From a virus (Duplodnaviria; Caudoviricetes), in the IMG/VR virus record IMGVR_UViG_3300021399_000118, positions 56,916 through 120,915 of that record: 64,000 nucleotides of DNA. One strand, given 5' to 3'. The notes beneath the pieces were generated by a model. It saw only the letters and a list, made by a program, of their open reading frames with translations, was not told the DNA's origin and made no database searches. The number at the start of each line of letters is the position of its first letter. Within the stretch, counting starts at the first letter, position 1. Shown here in pieces: positions 19,503 through 29,801 of this stretch. Both the position numbers and the translations under genes were made by a program.

Positions 19503-20738
19503 GTGGCAAGTTATTCTAAAACAATAGGCCAATCGGGCGTTGGAACAGGTCAAGGAGTAAAATCCCTTAACCTGACGATGGCATCGGACGAATATCCTAC
19601 CAAAGTAGCCTGGGGCAGTGTAGCTGTATATGTTCCAACGACAGCGGGAGCTTCTCTCGGTTTCATGTTGTGTAACACAAGCGGGGGAAACGCCATTCAG
19701 TTGATGAATGACACATATTACTCTCAAGGACAAGGCGTTATCAACTCCGGTTCTAAAACGGTATCCGGATCTGCGTTAAAAGGAAAAGCACTTGCTATCA
19801 GTGTTGACTTCCTTAACTCGGCAACATTCAGCAATACCTGGTCATTTACGATTACAACCACTTATTCAACATATTCGATCACAATTATTAACTCCACGGG
19901 CGGAACAGTCAGTGCAAGCGCCACATCTGGTATTCGCGCCGGAACAACCATCTATTTATCCAGAAGTGCTTCTACTGGATATCAGTTTTCTGCATGGAAC
20001 CACAGCCCATCTTCTGTTTCAATCAGCAGTTCATATACGTTCACAATGCCGGCGTCAAACATGACGATTTCGCCGACGTGGACAAAGATTAATTACGCAA
20101 TAACAAAAGCAGTCAGCCCAAGCGGAGCAGGAACCATTACTTCGCCAAGCGGATCTACTTCAACTTATGGAACAACTATCACACTTGCTCAGACTCCTGT
20201 TTCACCGTATGTTTTTGATCACTGGAATGTGTCCTCCATTGGAAACATATACAGCAACTCATTTACCATGCCGGCCCAGGCAGTAACCATCACTGCGTAT
20301 TACACACTTTCAGAACGGACTCTAACGTGGGACGACTACGGGGATATAACGCTCAATTTGAGTGGAAGAATACTCACAGTGACAATGACCGGGCACGCGA
20401 CCGACAGCTATGGCGAAGCGGTGTCTTATTATCTTCTTAAAAATGAAGTTGAGGTCGCTCCGTTCATAGGAAATGTTGCAATTATCACATTAGACGAATC
20501 TGATTACGGCGTGACAAACTCATATAGTATTTTGGCTAAAGTTGATGACATAGCTGCCATTGGGCTTGGCACAACGGCGATGTATATATTTCCAATTACC
20601 AGTTATGTGCCTGGCGGCTATTATAATGGTTCAACATTTTTGCCAGGGGAACTGTATTATTATAACGGTTCCAATTTTGTTCTATGCGAAGCAAAATACT
20701 GGAATGGAACATCGTGGGTTGATGTATCCACGTTTTAA
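19503..20738 (+). CDS. Putative receptor-binding/tail-tip protein, paralog of 4498..5667
   Basis: Two InlB-B-like repeats, TGHATD, C-terminal YYNGxxF/YWNGTSW repeats. Confidence 0.55.
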   Translation: MASYSKTIGQSGVGTGQGVKSLNLTMASDEYPTKVAWGSVAVYVPTTAGASLGFMLCNTSGGNAIQLMNDTYYSQGQGVINSGSKTVSGSALKGKALAISVDFLNSATFSNTWSFTITTTYSTYSITIINSTGGTVSASATSGIRAGTTIYLSRSASTGYQFSAWNHSPSSVSISSSYTFTMPASNMTISPTWTKINYAITKAVSPSGAGTITSPSGSTSTYGTTITLAQTPVSPYVFDHWNVSSIGNIYSNSFTMPAQAVTITAYYTLSERTLTWDDYGDITLNLSGRILTVTMTGHATDSYGEAVSYYLLKNEVEVAPFIGNVAIITLDESDYGVTNSYSILAKVDDIAAIGLGTTAMYIFPITSYVPGGYYNGSTFLPGELYYYNGSNFVLCEAKYWNGTSWVDVSTF

Positions 20739-20750
20739 AGAGGTGAGATT

Positions 20751-20999
20751 ATGTTAAAAACAACTTTCTATACAACCATTGAAAACCAAGTAAGAACCGA
20801 CGGAAGCAAAGGGCTTCTCTACGATCATTTTGACAACGAGAATCAAGCTTACGCCAAGTACTATACGATCTGCGCTGCGGCTGCGATCAGCGAGATCCCT
20901 TATCATTCCGCGGCTATCATCCGGAGCGACGGAATTATGATTGAAGGCAAGGTTTTCGACAGAAGAACAAACGAAGCCGAACCAGAGGAGGAAGAATAA
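20751..20999 (+). CDS. Small tail-associated protein
   Basis: 82 aa, GAGGTG RBS, AAAISEIPYHSA motif. Confidence 0.55.
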   Translation: MLKTTFYTTIENQVRTDGSKGLLYDHFDNENQAYAKYYTICAAAAISEIPYHSAAIIRSDGIMIEGKVFDRRTNEAEPEEEE

Positions 21000-21101
21000 T
21001 ATGATTAAACTGGTTACTAACCCTCCCCCAGAAAATACATTGGAGGAGGTCAGAGGCTGACTGAGGAAACTCAGATGACTGATTGGGAGGTGACTCCCTA
21101 A

Positions 21102-21560
21102 ATGGCAGAAGGAAGTTTAACAAAATCGTTTACGAAATCCGAAATAGTGAATTTAATTTATCCTGTAGGCGCAGTATACATTAGTCTAAGCAGCACCAGT
21201 CCTGCGACTTTATTCGGCGGAACGTGGGAGAAGATCAGCGGAAGATTTTTGCTTGCAACAGGAACGTGCGCTGCAAACAGCGACAACTATTTCGGTTCTA
21301 TAAAAGCTACTAACACATGGAATCCGGGACTTGGAAGCACAGGCGGAGAAGATTATCATACGTTAACGACTTCTGAAATGCCGCAACATTCACACCAGAT
21401 TCCATATGGATACGGAACAGCAGGCAACGGAACTGGTAATTCCTATTATACATATTTATATGGCGGTACAGATACGTGGACGTACCAGACAGGAAGCGGA
21501 ACCCGTCATAATAACATGCCGCCTTATTTAGCTGTCAACATGTGGAAACGCACAGCCTAA
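21102..21560 (+). CDS. Baseplate/tail-collar-like protein
   Basis: IYPVGAVYIS...PATLFGGTWEKI...HTLTTSEMPQHSH...HNNMPPYLAVNMWKRTA. Confidence 0.7.
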   Translation: MAEGSLTKSFTKSEIVNLIYPVGAVYISLSSTSPATLFGGTWEKISGRFLLATGTCAANSDNYFGSIKATNTWNPGLGSTGGEDYHTLTTSEMPQHSHQIPYGYGTAGNGTGNSYYTYLYGGTDTWTYQTGSGTRHNNMPPYLAVNMWKRTA

Positions 21561-21583
21561 TCAGTCATATGCCGAAATATAAA

Positions 21584-22006
21584 ATGGCAACTGGAATTAT
21601 TACACCTTCCTATCCTGAAATCGAGATTTTTGACGGGACTACTTTGTCCGACTGGTATGAACCATACTCCGGCTATGAGATCATGAATCTCTCCACAACG
21701 CCTTCAAACGCAACTTTGCGGCGTATAACTCCCAATATTTTTCATCTCTATATGGCTGTACTGGGGAATTTTACTGATCACAATACCGTTACTATCGGGA
21801 AGTTCAAATCTAGTTTCTTTGGCAATCATCCCGTCAGCGGATACATTCCGGCGGTTGTCGGAGGTACATCCAACGCGCAATATGCTTCGACCGCAAGAAT
21901 CTCTGGTACCGCCGGAACTCTCTCTATCTGTCCCGGCGGAACAGTAAGCTACTGCTACATTCATGGGTTCTTCTTGTTAAGGAGCAACCAAACCCTTACG
22001 TATTAA
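21584..22006 (+). CDS. Small beta-rich tail-tip protein
   Basis: Likely start MATGII at 21584; start uncertain. Confidence 0.45.
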   Translation: MATGIITPSYPEIEIFDGTTLSDWYEPYSGYEIMNLSTTPSNATLRRITPNIFHLYMAVLGNFTDHNTVTIGKFKSSFFGNHPVSGYIPAVVGGTSNAQYASTARISGTAGTLSICPGGTVSYCYIHGFFLLRSNQTLTY

Positions 22007-22012
22007 AACGAG

Positions 22013-22771
22013 GTGATGTCTATGCTTGATATAAGCAAAATGATATCCTCTGCAGAAGAGTCTTTAGGCTGGCCTTACGTCAGCCCAGGGACAAACGACC
22101 GGAATGGCATCGACTGTTCCGGTCTTTTTGTAAAGATTTACCAAGACCAAGGCGCTTCAATTTACCACGGAAGCAACAAAATCTTCCGGAAATACTGTTC
22201 TGAAACCGGCCGGCTGAATCACGCATCTCAGTTGATTCCAGGCATGGCGGTATTCAAATGGCAAGAAGGTAAGGTCAAAGGATATAAAGACGATCTTGGA
22301 GACTTTCATCATATCGGACTTGTTGTCAGCGTCAATCCTTTAAAAATCATTCACGCAAGCTCAGCCGCAGGAGAAGTCACAACTGACTTCAAGATCAACA
22401 AATGGGCTTACTGGGGCAAATTAAAGGATGTGGACTACGGGTCTGAGAAAGGAGTTGATATTATGAACGCGATTGTTTTTGCCGAAAGCGGATCCTCCGT
22501 TAAGATGCGGGGAGCGCCCAAGACATCCAGCAGCTTTTACATTGATGTTCCGATTGGAAGCTCAGTCACTGTTTTAGAAAAAGGACCTGAATGGAGTCAT
22601 ATTTCCTATGGTGGAAAGAGCGGGTATATGATGTCCAAGTTTCTCAAATTCGAAGACGATCCTACGGCTATCTCTGAAACTGCCGCTTCTGACGAGATGA
22701 TTCCTGTCCGCAGAGCGGAGCTTGAAAAGGCTTACGATATTATTGGAGACTTATTAGGTTTGAGAGGTTGA
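22013..22771 (+). CDS. Endolysin, NlpC/P60 peptidase plus SH3b
   Basis: DCSGL catalytic Cys, HHIGL His, IIHAS; C-terminal SH3 (WSHISYGGKSGYM). Confidence 0.85.
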   Translation: MMSMLDISKMISSAEESLGWPYVSPGTNDRNGIDCSGLFVKIYQDQGASIYHGSNKIFRKYCSETGRLNHASQLIPGMAVFKWQEGKVKGYKDDLGDFHHIGLVVSVNPLKIIHASSAAGEVTTDFKINKWAYWGKLKDVDYGSEKGVDIMNAIVFAESGSSVKMRGAPKTSSSFYIDVPIGSSVTVLEKGPEWSHISYGGKSGYMMSKFLKFEDDPTAISETAASDEMIPVRRAELEKAYDIIGDLLGLRG

Positions 22772-23049
22772 TATTTATGCCAGCTACTGTTTTGTATGAT
22801 AAAGCGCATCTTATGTCTGCTCCTTCCGATGCGGCATCCCATATCCTGGACATAGGAAAAGGAACGTGTATCAATGTAGAAGAAGAAACAAATAAGTTAT
22901 GGTGGAAAGTTACTTACAGTGGTTATACAGGTTATGTAAAAACTAAATTTTTAAAAAGCGAAAACGACAACGTAGATTTTATTATGATCAGTATTCCACG
23001 GGATGTTGCTGTAGAGTTGTATGAGGCGTTGAAGTTCTCGCTTAATTAA
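22768..23049 (+). CDS. SH3b-domain protein
   Basis: WWKVTYSGYTGYVKTKFL. Confidence 0.7.
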   Translation: MIFMPATVLYDKAHLMSAPSDAASHILDIGKGTCINVEEETNKLWWKVTYSGYTGYVKTKFLKSENDNVDFIMISIPRDVAVELYEALKFSLN

Positions 23050-23056
23050 GCGAGGA

Positions 23057-23650
23057 GTGAATCCCATGGGAGAAATATCTAAAGCAGTCGGCCAATGGAT
23101 TGTGGGAAACCTGGGTTGGACTGCTATTATTATTTTATTTATCTTATCCGGAGTTTTTAAAATTGCCAAGATCGAGATCAACCCGTTAGGATGGGTGGTC
23201 ACCTGGCTTGGCAACGCCTTCACAAAGGGCGTAAGAGCTGATATTGCCGAACTCAAGAACGACACCGAGACCAAGATCGCGGAACTTCGGGCTGATCTGG
23301 ATTCCTTTGAAGACCGGACCAATCGGAGTATCGACGGAATGAAAAACGGCACGAGTATGAACTGTGAGCTGTTGAAGGCCCGGCTGGACGAAATGGAAAA
23401 GTCAAACGACATGCAGACAGCCCGACAAATTAAGGCGCATGTTTTAGACTTTGCCAACTCATGCCTGAACAAACGCCGGCATACGAAGAAGGAGTTCGAC
23501 AATATTATTCGGGAAAACGAAGAATACGAAGCTCTGGTGAAAAAGTATAATCTTGTGAACAACGTTTATACGGAAGACTACAACTTCATTATGAAGCTCT
23601 ATCACAAATGCCAGGACGAAAACAGTTTCCTTAGAGACGAAGAGGCTTAA
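23057..23650 (+). CDS. Membrane protein of the lysis module (holin-like)
   Basis: N-terminal TM helix, IEINPLGW motif, coiled coil. Confidence 0.55.
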   Translation: MNPMGEISKAVGQWIVGNLGWTAIIILFILSGVFKIAKIEINPLGWVVTWLGNAFTKGVRADIAELKNDTETKIAELRADLDSFEDRTNRSIDGMKNGTSMNCELLKARLDEMEKSNDMQTARQIKAHVLDFANSCLNKRRHTKKEFDNIIRENEEYEALVKKYNLVNNVYTEDYNFIMKLYHKCQDENSFLRDEEA

Positions 23651-23687
23651 CTTTCATAGAACCTTTAGCGAAAGGAAGTGAGTCGCC

Positions 23688-23978
23688 GTGGCAACACGTA
23701 AGAAGAAAACACAGGAAAAGCCTTTTGTTCAGTTCAGCAAGAAGCTCATTACTTTTGTGATGATTTTCTGGGGGCTGATCAGAATTACTTCTGTGATTTC
23801 AGTCATTATCAATCCAGATTCCGGCACAACCATGGCGGCTATCGTTCGAGGTGTAGACGACATTGCAATGATCAATGTCTTGGCTTACACAGGAAACTCG
23901 GTAAGCGAGAAGATCGCCTTAGGGTATTTTCAAATGAAGGCCGGAGAAAAAGAAGAAGACGAAGAATCAAATGGATAA
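23688..23978 (+). CDS. Small membrane protein
   Basis: QFSKKLI followed by hydrophobic helix. Confidence 0.55.
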   Translation: MATRKKKTQEKPFVQFSKKLITFVMIFWGLIRITSVISVIINPDSGTTMAAIVRGVDDIAMINVLAYTGNSVSEKIALGYFQMKAGEKEEDEESNG

Positions 23979-23991
23979 GGAGTGAAGGTTT

Positions 23992-24312
23992 ATGACTATC
24001 GATATGACTAAGATTGTTTTAGCAGTTATTGGTTTACTTGCTGCTATTGTTACCAAGTTTTTGATTCCTCTGCTGCAGACTAAGCTTAAGCTTGACAAGA
24101 GCAAGCTGACGGAGAACCAGGCTTACCTGCTTAGACTGGCAATTTCAACAGCTGTTACGGCGGCTGAGCAGCTCTATAAGTCCGAAGAAGGCCAGAAAAA
24201 GAAGGCTTATGTTTTAGCCCAGCTTGAATCTCAGGGCTACAAAGTTGACGGGGCCGCGATTGATGCTGCGATCGAAGCAGCTGTGTTTGAACTGCATAAC
24301 GAATTGAAATAA
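23992..24312 (+). CDS. Holin, LL-H family
   Basis: N-terminal TM; AVTAAEQLY...GQKKKAYV...IDAAIEAAV. Confidence 0.8.
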   Translation: MTIDMTKIVLAVIGLLAAIVTKFLIPLLQTKLKLDKSKLTENQAYLLRLAISTAVTAAEQLYKSEEGQKKKAYVLAQLESQGYKVDGAAIDAAIEAAVFELHNELK

Positions 24313-24367
24313 AAAAAGGGGTTATCTCCAAGATCTAAAATGATCTAAAGAGGTAACCCCTTTTTTT
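24311..24367. terminator. Bidirectional terminator between convergent late and early arms
   Basis: A-tract, GGGGTTATCTC...GAGGTAACCCC stem, T-tract. Confidence 0.75.
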
Positions 24368-24375
24368 GTGCGCTT

Positions 24376-24561
24376 TTATGTAAGGTCTACAAATTCAAAG
24401 TCAGGTTTGTCGTAAGGCCAGTTTCCATGAACCCAGGTTTTGATCTTTACTTCAATCCACCTTGGGTCATCTTTCGTTGTCCAGTCAATATCCCCGAAGG
24501 TAGCAACGGGCATTTCCTGCGGGAACTCTGAAAGTACATCTGTTAGCTGTTTAACAGTCAT
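24376..24561 (-). CDS. Hypothetical protein
   Basis: MTVKQLTDVLSEFPQEMPV start typical of small phage proteins; GAGG RBS. Confidence 0.55.
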   Translation of the reverse strand: MTVKQLTDVLSEFPQEMPVATFGDIDWTTKDDPRWIEVKIKTWVHGNWPYDKPDFEFVDLT

Positions 24562-24853
24562 ATTCTTTTTCCTCAATGCTATCGATGAATTTTTTGCAAT
24601 AATCGTCGTATCCGAGATGTCCGCATAAAGCCATCTTGTTTGGAAGTTCTTCCAAAGCTTCTTCAAACTGCTGTTTGTACTTTTTTCTAATGGAGCAGTA
24701 GACAATACAGTATTCATCTTTCGGTTTGTCGTAAGTTTGCAGAAATCTTACAGGGATTTCTCTTTTATAAAATAAAGAGTCTGCAAGATAATCACGAGTG
24801 TCTACATATAGATAATAGTAACGGAACCATCCATCAAAACTTATATAATGCAT
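24551..24853 (-). CDS. Hypothetical protein
   Basis: ATG at 24853 after AAGGAG. Confidence 0.55.
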   Translation of the reverse strand: MHYISFDGWFRYYYLYVDTRDYLADSLFYKREIPVRFLQTYDKPKDEYCIVYCSIRKKYKQQFEEALEELPNKMALCGHLGYDDYCKKFIDSIEEKEYDC

Positions 24854-24982
24854 AGGTTTCTCCTTTCGAAAACTTCCAATATACAAAAGGCGGCCATATT
24901 TGGTCGCCTTCTGTATTTTAGAAATCTTATAACAAAATAGAGCAGGATTCATTATTTTTGTATATTTATGCGTTATTTTTAG

Positions 24983-25026
24983 GTTGACATCGTGGGGGTC
25001 ATAGGTTCGAGTCCTACTAATCCCAC
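24983..25026 (+). mobile_element. attP-like core: 3' half of tRNA-Val(GAC)
   Basis: GTTGACATCGTGGGGGTCATAGGTTCGAGTCCTACTAATCCCAC has anticodon loop, T-arm and acceptor 3' strand but no D-arm or 5' half; next to the integrase 3' end. Confidence 0.75.
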
Positions 25027-25140
25027 AGACCCGGAAGCGTTGAAAATAAAGCGTTTCCGGGTTTTCTTATACCCGGAGCTTTTTGTTTTTGTCCACGCTG
25101 GAACCGGCCTGGATCCATTTTGAACCCTGGAACCGTTGAT

Positions 25141-26379
25141 TTATAAGGCTTCTGAGGTTTCTTCCTGGAACCATTTGTTCAGGCTATTGATTGCATATTT
25201 ATGCTTCATTATGCCTTCGTGTCTTGTCGGTGCATAAGTTGTTTCGACCATACGGGTATCTGCGTGTCCCATCAGGTCTGCAAGCTGAGCCGAAGACATT
25301 CCTGCTTCTTTGAGCTGTGTTCCGAAAGTAGCACGCCAGTCATGATTATCCCAGCCCTTAATATTCAACGCATTAAAGGCTTTTGAATACGTTCTTTTCA
25401 ACGTTGATATTGGCGCTGGCTGACTCGGGTCTTTTCCGTGGATGATGTACCCGGAATCCCGTGCGCATGGCTCCAGGATAGAGGCCAAAGCTTCAGGAAT
25501 TACAAACTCTCGGGTCGATTTTTTTGTTTTTGTCTGGTTCCGGATCACCGTCTTTTTCCCGTCCGGGTAGACAACAGTGCGGCAAACCTCTCCGTAACGC
25601 TCTTTTAAATGAATGTGTTCCCAGCCGATTCCGGCGATTTCCTCTCTTCTCATACCGGTGTAGACCAGCAGCCCCATATAAAGTCTTTGCTGTTCGTCCT
25701 CGAGGTTTTGAAGTTCCTTTTTGACACGCAGCACGTCTTTGTCCGGAAGCGCCTTATGATGTTCAGAAACTTTTCCTTCATTTATCAATAGCGTTTTTTT
25801 GATCGGAGAATCTGAAACAAGATTCATTTCGATCGCGATCCGATAAACACGACTAAGAAAACCGCTTACCCGGCGGATTGTGTCAGCTCTCAGGTTCATC
25901 CGGCAGCCGTGCTTCTTTGCGTTCGCCATCCAGTCATACAGATTCTGAATATCCTGCACGCTGATCTGGTCCAAATGCTTCTCACCAAGATTAGGAAGAA
26001 TGTATCGATCCAGATAAATATTGTAGTTTGCGACTGTTGTCGGAGACAAATTACGCATAAATGTTTTCCTGTAGGTGTTGTTGATAAAATCTTTTAGCAG
26101 CGGAGCTGTTGACTTCATTCTCTCCTGAAGAAAGAGCATGAATTTCCTATCCGTATCCTTCTTGGAAAAGCCTGAGATCCTTGTTGAAGTAATCGTGCCA
26201 TCCTTTTCCGTAAAGTAATATGTCTCCCGATAGTTGCTTGGCATTTCTTCTCCCCTTCTACCCTGCTCTATTTTATTATCAAGGTGCAAAAGAGAAGCAA
26301 CTGCCTTTTCAGCGGCAAGTCTTGCCACCTCTTCGAGTTGATTTGGAGTATACGGTGCTTTCGGTGGATTGTCAAACAT
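25141..26379 (-). CDS. int: Tyrosine integrase
   Basis: TGMRREE (R), HDWR (HxxR), MGHAD, C-terminal Tyr; SAM-like core-binding domain. Confidence 0.92.
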   Translation of the reverse strand: MFDNPPKAPYTPNQLEEVARLAAEKAVASLLHLDNKIEQGRRGEEMPSNYRETYYFTEKDGTITSTRISGFSKKDTDRKFMLFLQERMKSTAPLLKDFINNTYRKTFMRNLSPTTVANYNIYLDRYILPNLGEKHLDQISVQDIQNLYDWMANAKKHGCRMNLRADTIRRVSGFLSRVYRIAIEMNLVSDSPIKKTLLINEGKVSEHHKALPDKDVLRVKKELQNLEDEQQRLYMGLLVYTGMRREEIAGIGWEHIHLKERYGEVCRTVVYPDGKKTVIRNQTKTKKSTREFVIPEALASILEPCARDSGYIIHGKDPSQPAPISTLKRTYSKAFNALNIKGWDNHDWRATFGTQLKEAGMSSAQLADLMGHADTRMVETTYAPTRHEGIMKHKYAINSLNKWFQEETSEAL

Positions 26380-26396
26380 ATTGTTTCCCTCCGAAT

Positions 26397-26441
26397 AAAA
26401 AAAAATAAATCTCCGGCCGCCCTGACGGCGACCGGAGATTT
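26397..26441 (-). terminator. Terminator upstream of the integrase
   Basis: AATCTCCGG/CCGGAGATT stem with long U tract on the minus strand. Confidence 0.7.
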
Positions 26442-27008
26442 TCAGATTATTCTTTTTCGATAACGGGCTGCTCGAACGATTCTATTGCCCGGGCAATCCG
26501 TGTCATCGTTTCAATATCGTCAAACGCATGGGCTCCAACGTAGGCCATTTTGAGGTAGTTCATAATCTGTTCTGCCGGACTCTTCTCAGTATCTTCATTT
26601 CCAAGATACTCTAAAATTCTCCGTGCGTCATCTGCTGTAAATGTTACCCACCAGCGATCCTTCTCAGGATCCGGACCGCATAGCTTCAGCTGATCTTTTA
26701 TAACTTGCTTTATGCGTTCTTTCTCTGTCATTCTGACGGCATCCTTATCTCTACTTCTTCTGCTTTCTTGATCCAGCACGGACCATCTTCATAATGTTCT
26801 TGGCAATAGCGATCGAAATCACCAATAAGCTGATTGAACTTGTCCACAAAATCGTCTTTGCTTGTGGCAAGGATGACAACGCGCTCTTCGTTGTCGGGGT
26901 CAAGGTATGTAATCAGATAACTTCTTATGCCTTTCATGTTGTTTCTCCTTATTGCTTGCGTCGATTTCGGACGGTATGTTCCATTCCGATCAGTTTGACC
27001 GCCTGTCC

Positions 27009-28046
27009 TTATTCGTTTTTCAACAGGTATTTGTTGCTGACAGCTTTCATTGACAGCGGCCCGCCGATTGTTTCATTGTAGATGTTATCGACAGCCCGGA
27101 TTACGATGCCTTCTTTCGGGCCACCATTCGGATATTCTCCCTCGGCCCGGGCAAGAATCGCTTCAACTGCTGGATAACGTTCAGGCAGGTCATCCCCGAC
27201 TTCTTCGATCGGGACAGACTCAGCACCAATCATGCTTGCGATCATCTGCATTTTTAGCATATTCACCCGGGTTCCATTGATTCTTACCGTGAAAACATAC
27301 CATTCCGGCTTTGTCAGCTTCAGGCGATTCTTCTGGATGCCGGGAGCGCAGAACTCGCCCTGGATCGTCAGGGTCTTCAGCTCCTCAGCTTTTACATAGG
27401 CTTCCATCTTTTCCCGGAAACCCATCTTCTTGACAAACTCGTAGAAAGCGCAGGATCCGTCATCTTTATATTCGTAGTTATGTCCGCAGACATGGAATCC
27501 ATTCTCGTCGATAGAGATGGAGTGGGACGAGCCATCCATCTTTGTGCTGATATAATACGGAATACCTTTGAAGGCTTCCGCAAACTCCGGGAAGTTCTGC
27601 ACCCGGATCTCGTCAGTATGGGGCACGTCGTAAGGCAGAAGTCCGATTACTGTTCCTCCGGTTGTGGCCTTCTCTTCAATCTCCCACTTTCTCACCTTCA
27701 GAAGCTCGGTCACGTCCTGTCCAAGCTCCGGAGATTCAATTTCCGGAAAATCAGACAACGGCAGAAGCAAGCCCTGGGAAACGACACCCCTCAGCTTCAG
27801 TGTTTTCAGCCGGAAACCCTCTCCCATAATGTCTGTGTTTTTGTAGCTGGTCTTTCTCAGAAACTCAAACCTTTCGTCGATTGGAAGAAAAGAGTCGATC
27901 TCGAAATAGACAGCCAGGTCCATCGGCTGGAACTGTCCCTTCGGAACTACGCAGACCCAGCCTTCGACATAGGCTTTTTCCAGCCTGTCGGCTCCATCAA
28001 TAGGTTCGATCTTCCAAATCTTTTGTATGCTTGCGAGTTTTCTCAT
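27009..28046 (-). CDS. RNA ligase, DRB0094/Rnl2-like family
   Basis: MRKLASIQ start, KMDGSS adenylylation motif, QGEF, KEGIV, MKAVSNKYLL. Confidence 0.88.
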   Translation of the reverse strand: MRKLASIQKIWKIEPIDGADRLEKAYVEGWVCVVPKGQFQPMDLAVYFEIDSFLPIDERFEFLRKTSYKNTDIMGEGFRLKTLKLRGVVSQGLLLPLSDFPEIESPELGQDVTELLKVRKWEIEEKATTGGTVIGLLPYDVPHTDEIRVQNFPEFAEAFKGIPYYISTKMDGSSHSISIDENGFHVCGHNYEYKDDGSCAFYEFVKKMGFREKMEAYVKAEELKTLTIQGEFCAPGIQKNRLKLTKPEWYVFTVRINGTRVNMLKMQMIASMIGAESVPIEEVGDDLPERYPAVEAILARAEGEYPNGGPKEGIVIRAVDNIYNETIGGPLSMKAVSNKYLLKNE

Positions 28047-28517
28047 GCAAGTCCTCCTCGATTTCGATGTTGCAGCTTCCATTCACGCGGATGATATTGT
28101 CTGCCCAGTTGGAAAGCTGCTGAATTGATCCTTTTGCTGTCAGTATTCTTCCTCCGCGAATAATCGCTTTTCCGAAATACTCAGTATCATCCATAAACCT
28201 CGTTCTCCTTGACATAAAAATAACCAATCAGCTCCTGCGCAGCGATTGGTGTGTATTTATTCATTTAATAAAAGAACGCTTAATTCAGTCGTTTTACTCC
28301 GTTCACTTCGTCTGTTATCGACAAAGTTTGCTAAGGACATTTATGTCCCTTGCAAACGATATTCACCTGTCCCAGATAACGAATATAAAGCCGTATGCTC
28401 CGGGAGTTTTCTGAAAGTCTGCAAGCAGCCGCGATCCGACTTTCCTCCATCTTGCTTTCCTGTACGACTTTCTGTGAAACTGCCATTGCACAGTTCCGTC
28501 TTTTTCTACTTTGATAA

Positions 28518-28991
28518 TCATGACAGATCCCTCAACCATTTAAGATTATAGAGCTCAATCTCTTCGTCTGTCAGCTTGCAGTCCCGGAACAGGACACGAA
28601 TTGCCTGCTCGCTGTCCGAGCCTGACATCAGCGATTCGGCGACTGTATTTAGAATCTTTGCGACACGAGGCGTCGCAGAAAGATCTGAGGTCGGAAGCTC
28701 GGATTCGTAATAGGACTGCTCCCATTCTTCTTCCCATTTGCCATTCTTGAAGACGGCAAATCCATCTCCTTCGTCGCTCCAGTAAGAGATATGACCCAAC
28801 TTAACGTAAGGATTAAAGGGCTCGATCGTATCTATTACATCCTCGAGCCACCAGTTACCATCGAACTCAATATAGCACATTGTTCCATTTATGCTTATCG
28901 TTCTGAAGGTTTCATTCGCGGCATCGACAAGCTCTTTCGGGAGATGCCCTTTTAAATCCATCTCTATAGTTCCTGACGCTAAAACGCTCAT
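28518..28991 (-). CDS. Hypothetical protein
   Basis: Likely start MSVLASG overlapping the upstream stop. Confidence 0.5.
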   Translation of the reverse strand: MSVLASGTIEMDLKGHLPKELVDAANETFRTISINGTMCYIEFDGNWWLEDVIDTIEPFNPYVKLGHISYWSDEGDGFAVFKNGKWEEEWEQSYYESELPTSDLSATPRVAKILNTVAESLMSGSDSEQAIRVLFRDCKLTDEEIELYNLKWLRDLS

Positions 28992-29353
28992 GTCGTTTTC
29001 CCTTCTTTGTTCTGTTTGAATCTGATGCAGGTTTCTGCAATCGCTTCCCGGCAAAGCCGCCAGAGAATTTCAGTGATGTTATCGTTCTCGTCCAGCCATT
29101 CACGAAGCTTTTTAGCCGCACATTCCATCATGTCTTTATCTTCCAGCATTTGCCGAAGATCTGACATGGGAATCTTTTCCCCTTCAAGATTAACTGTTTC
29201 GTTGTCCTTCAGTTCGTATGTACAGCTCAACAGCTCAGTTTCAATATCTTGAATGTCATAGTTATGCTGTTCTTCCAAATAGGTTTTCCGGCGCTCTTCG
29301 AAGGTCAGTTCGAAGCTGAATGTTGTGCCGCCGAACTCTCTTTCTATTCTCAT
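28988..29353 (-). CDS. Hypothetical protein
   Basis: 121 aa, GAGG RBS. Confidence 0.55.
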   Translation of the reverse strand: MRIEREFGGTTFSFELTFEERRKTYLEEQHNYDIQDIETELLSCTYELKDNETVNLEGEKIPMSDLRQMLEDKDMMECAAKKLREWLDENDNITEILWRLCREAIAETCIRFKQNKEGKTT

Positions 29354-29366
29354 TTTTACCTCACAT

Positions 29367-29801
29367 TTATACAGGGGTAAACATTATTCCCTTTTCCTCG
29401 GCCCAGTTGTAGAGCCATTTCCGGATGTCTGATTTTTCATAACTATTGGCGTCAGCGGCTCTCCAATCGTTGCGAAAACGAGCCCTTCCAACCGAATCTT
29501 TGCAAATCGCAAGCGTGTCGTTCAACACGACCCATATGCAGTCAGCAAACTCAAACCTGTTTCCGCGGTTAAGACTAAAAGATTTCAAGTTTCCTATTAA
29601 AACTGGACGAACATGTAAAAAGGAGCAGTCGAGATATGGAATATTGTAGCATGAGCCGTTGAGATTCACACAAGGCACATAGTTCTGATTGTTATCATAC
29701 GTTCGCAGCCACCAATTCTCAGGAATAAATGGGATGACGTATCTATTCTCCTTGTATTCTTTGTCTGACAAAAGTGTAATATTGTTAAATTCTAACTTCA
29801 T
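29367..29801 (-). CDS. DUF6273-like (WWLR) protein
   Basis: ITLLSxxEY...WWLRT...VRPVL...YEKSDIRKWL. Confidence 0.55.
   Translation of the reverse strand: MKLEFNNITLLSDKEYKENRYVIPFIPENWWLRTYDNNQNYVPCVNLNGSCYNIPYLDCSFLHVRPVLIGNLKSFSLNRGNRFEFADCIWVVLNDTLAICKDSVGRARFRNDWRAADANSYEKSDIRKWLYNWAEEKGIMFTPV

Noticed and set aside
21020-21100. Possible hammerhead-like ribozyme (CTGA...GAAAC) in the tail intergenic region
   Set aside because: The CUGANGA core and three-stem arrangement could not be assembled; only a short CTGAG/CTCAG hairpin is supported.
24983-25026. Functional tRNA-Val gene
   Set aside because: The 5' acceptor strand and D-arm are missing; upstream is AT-rich non-tRNA sequence.
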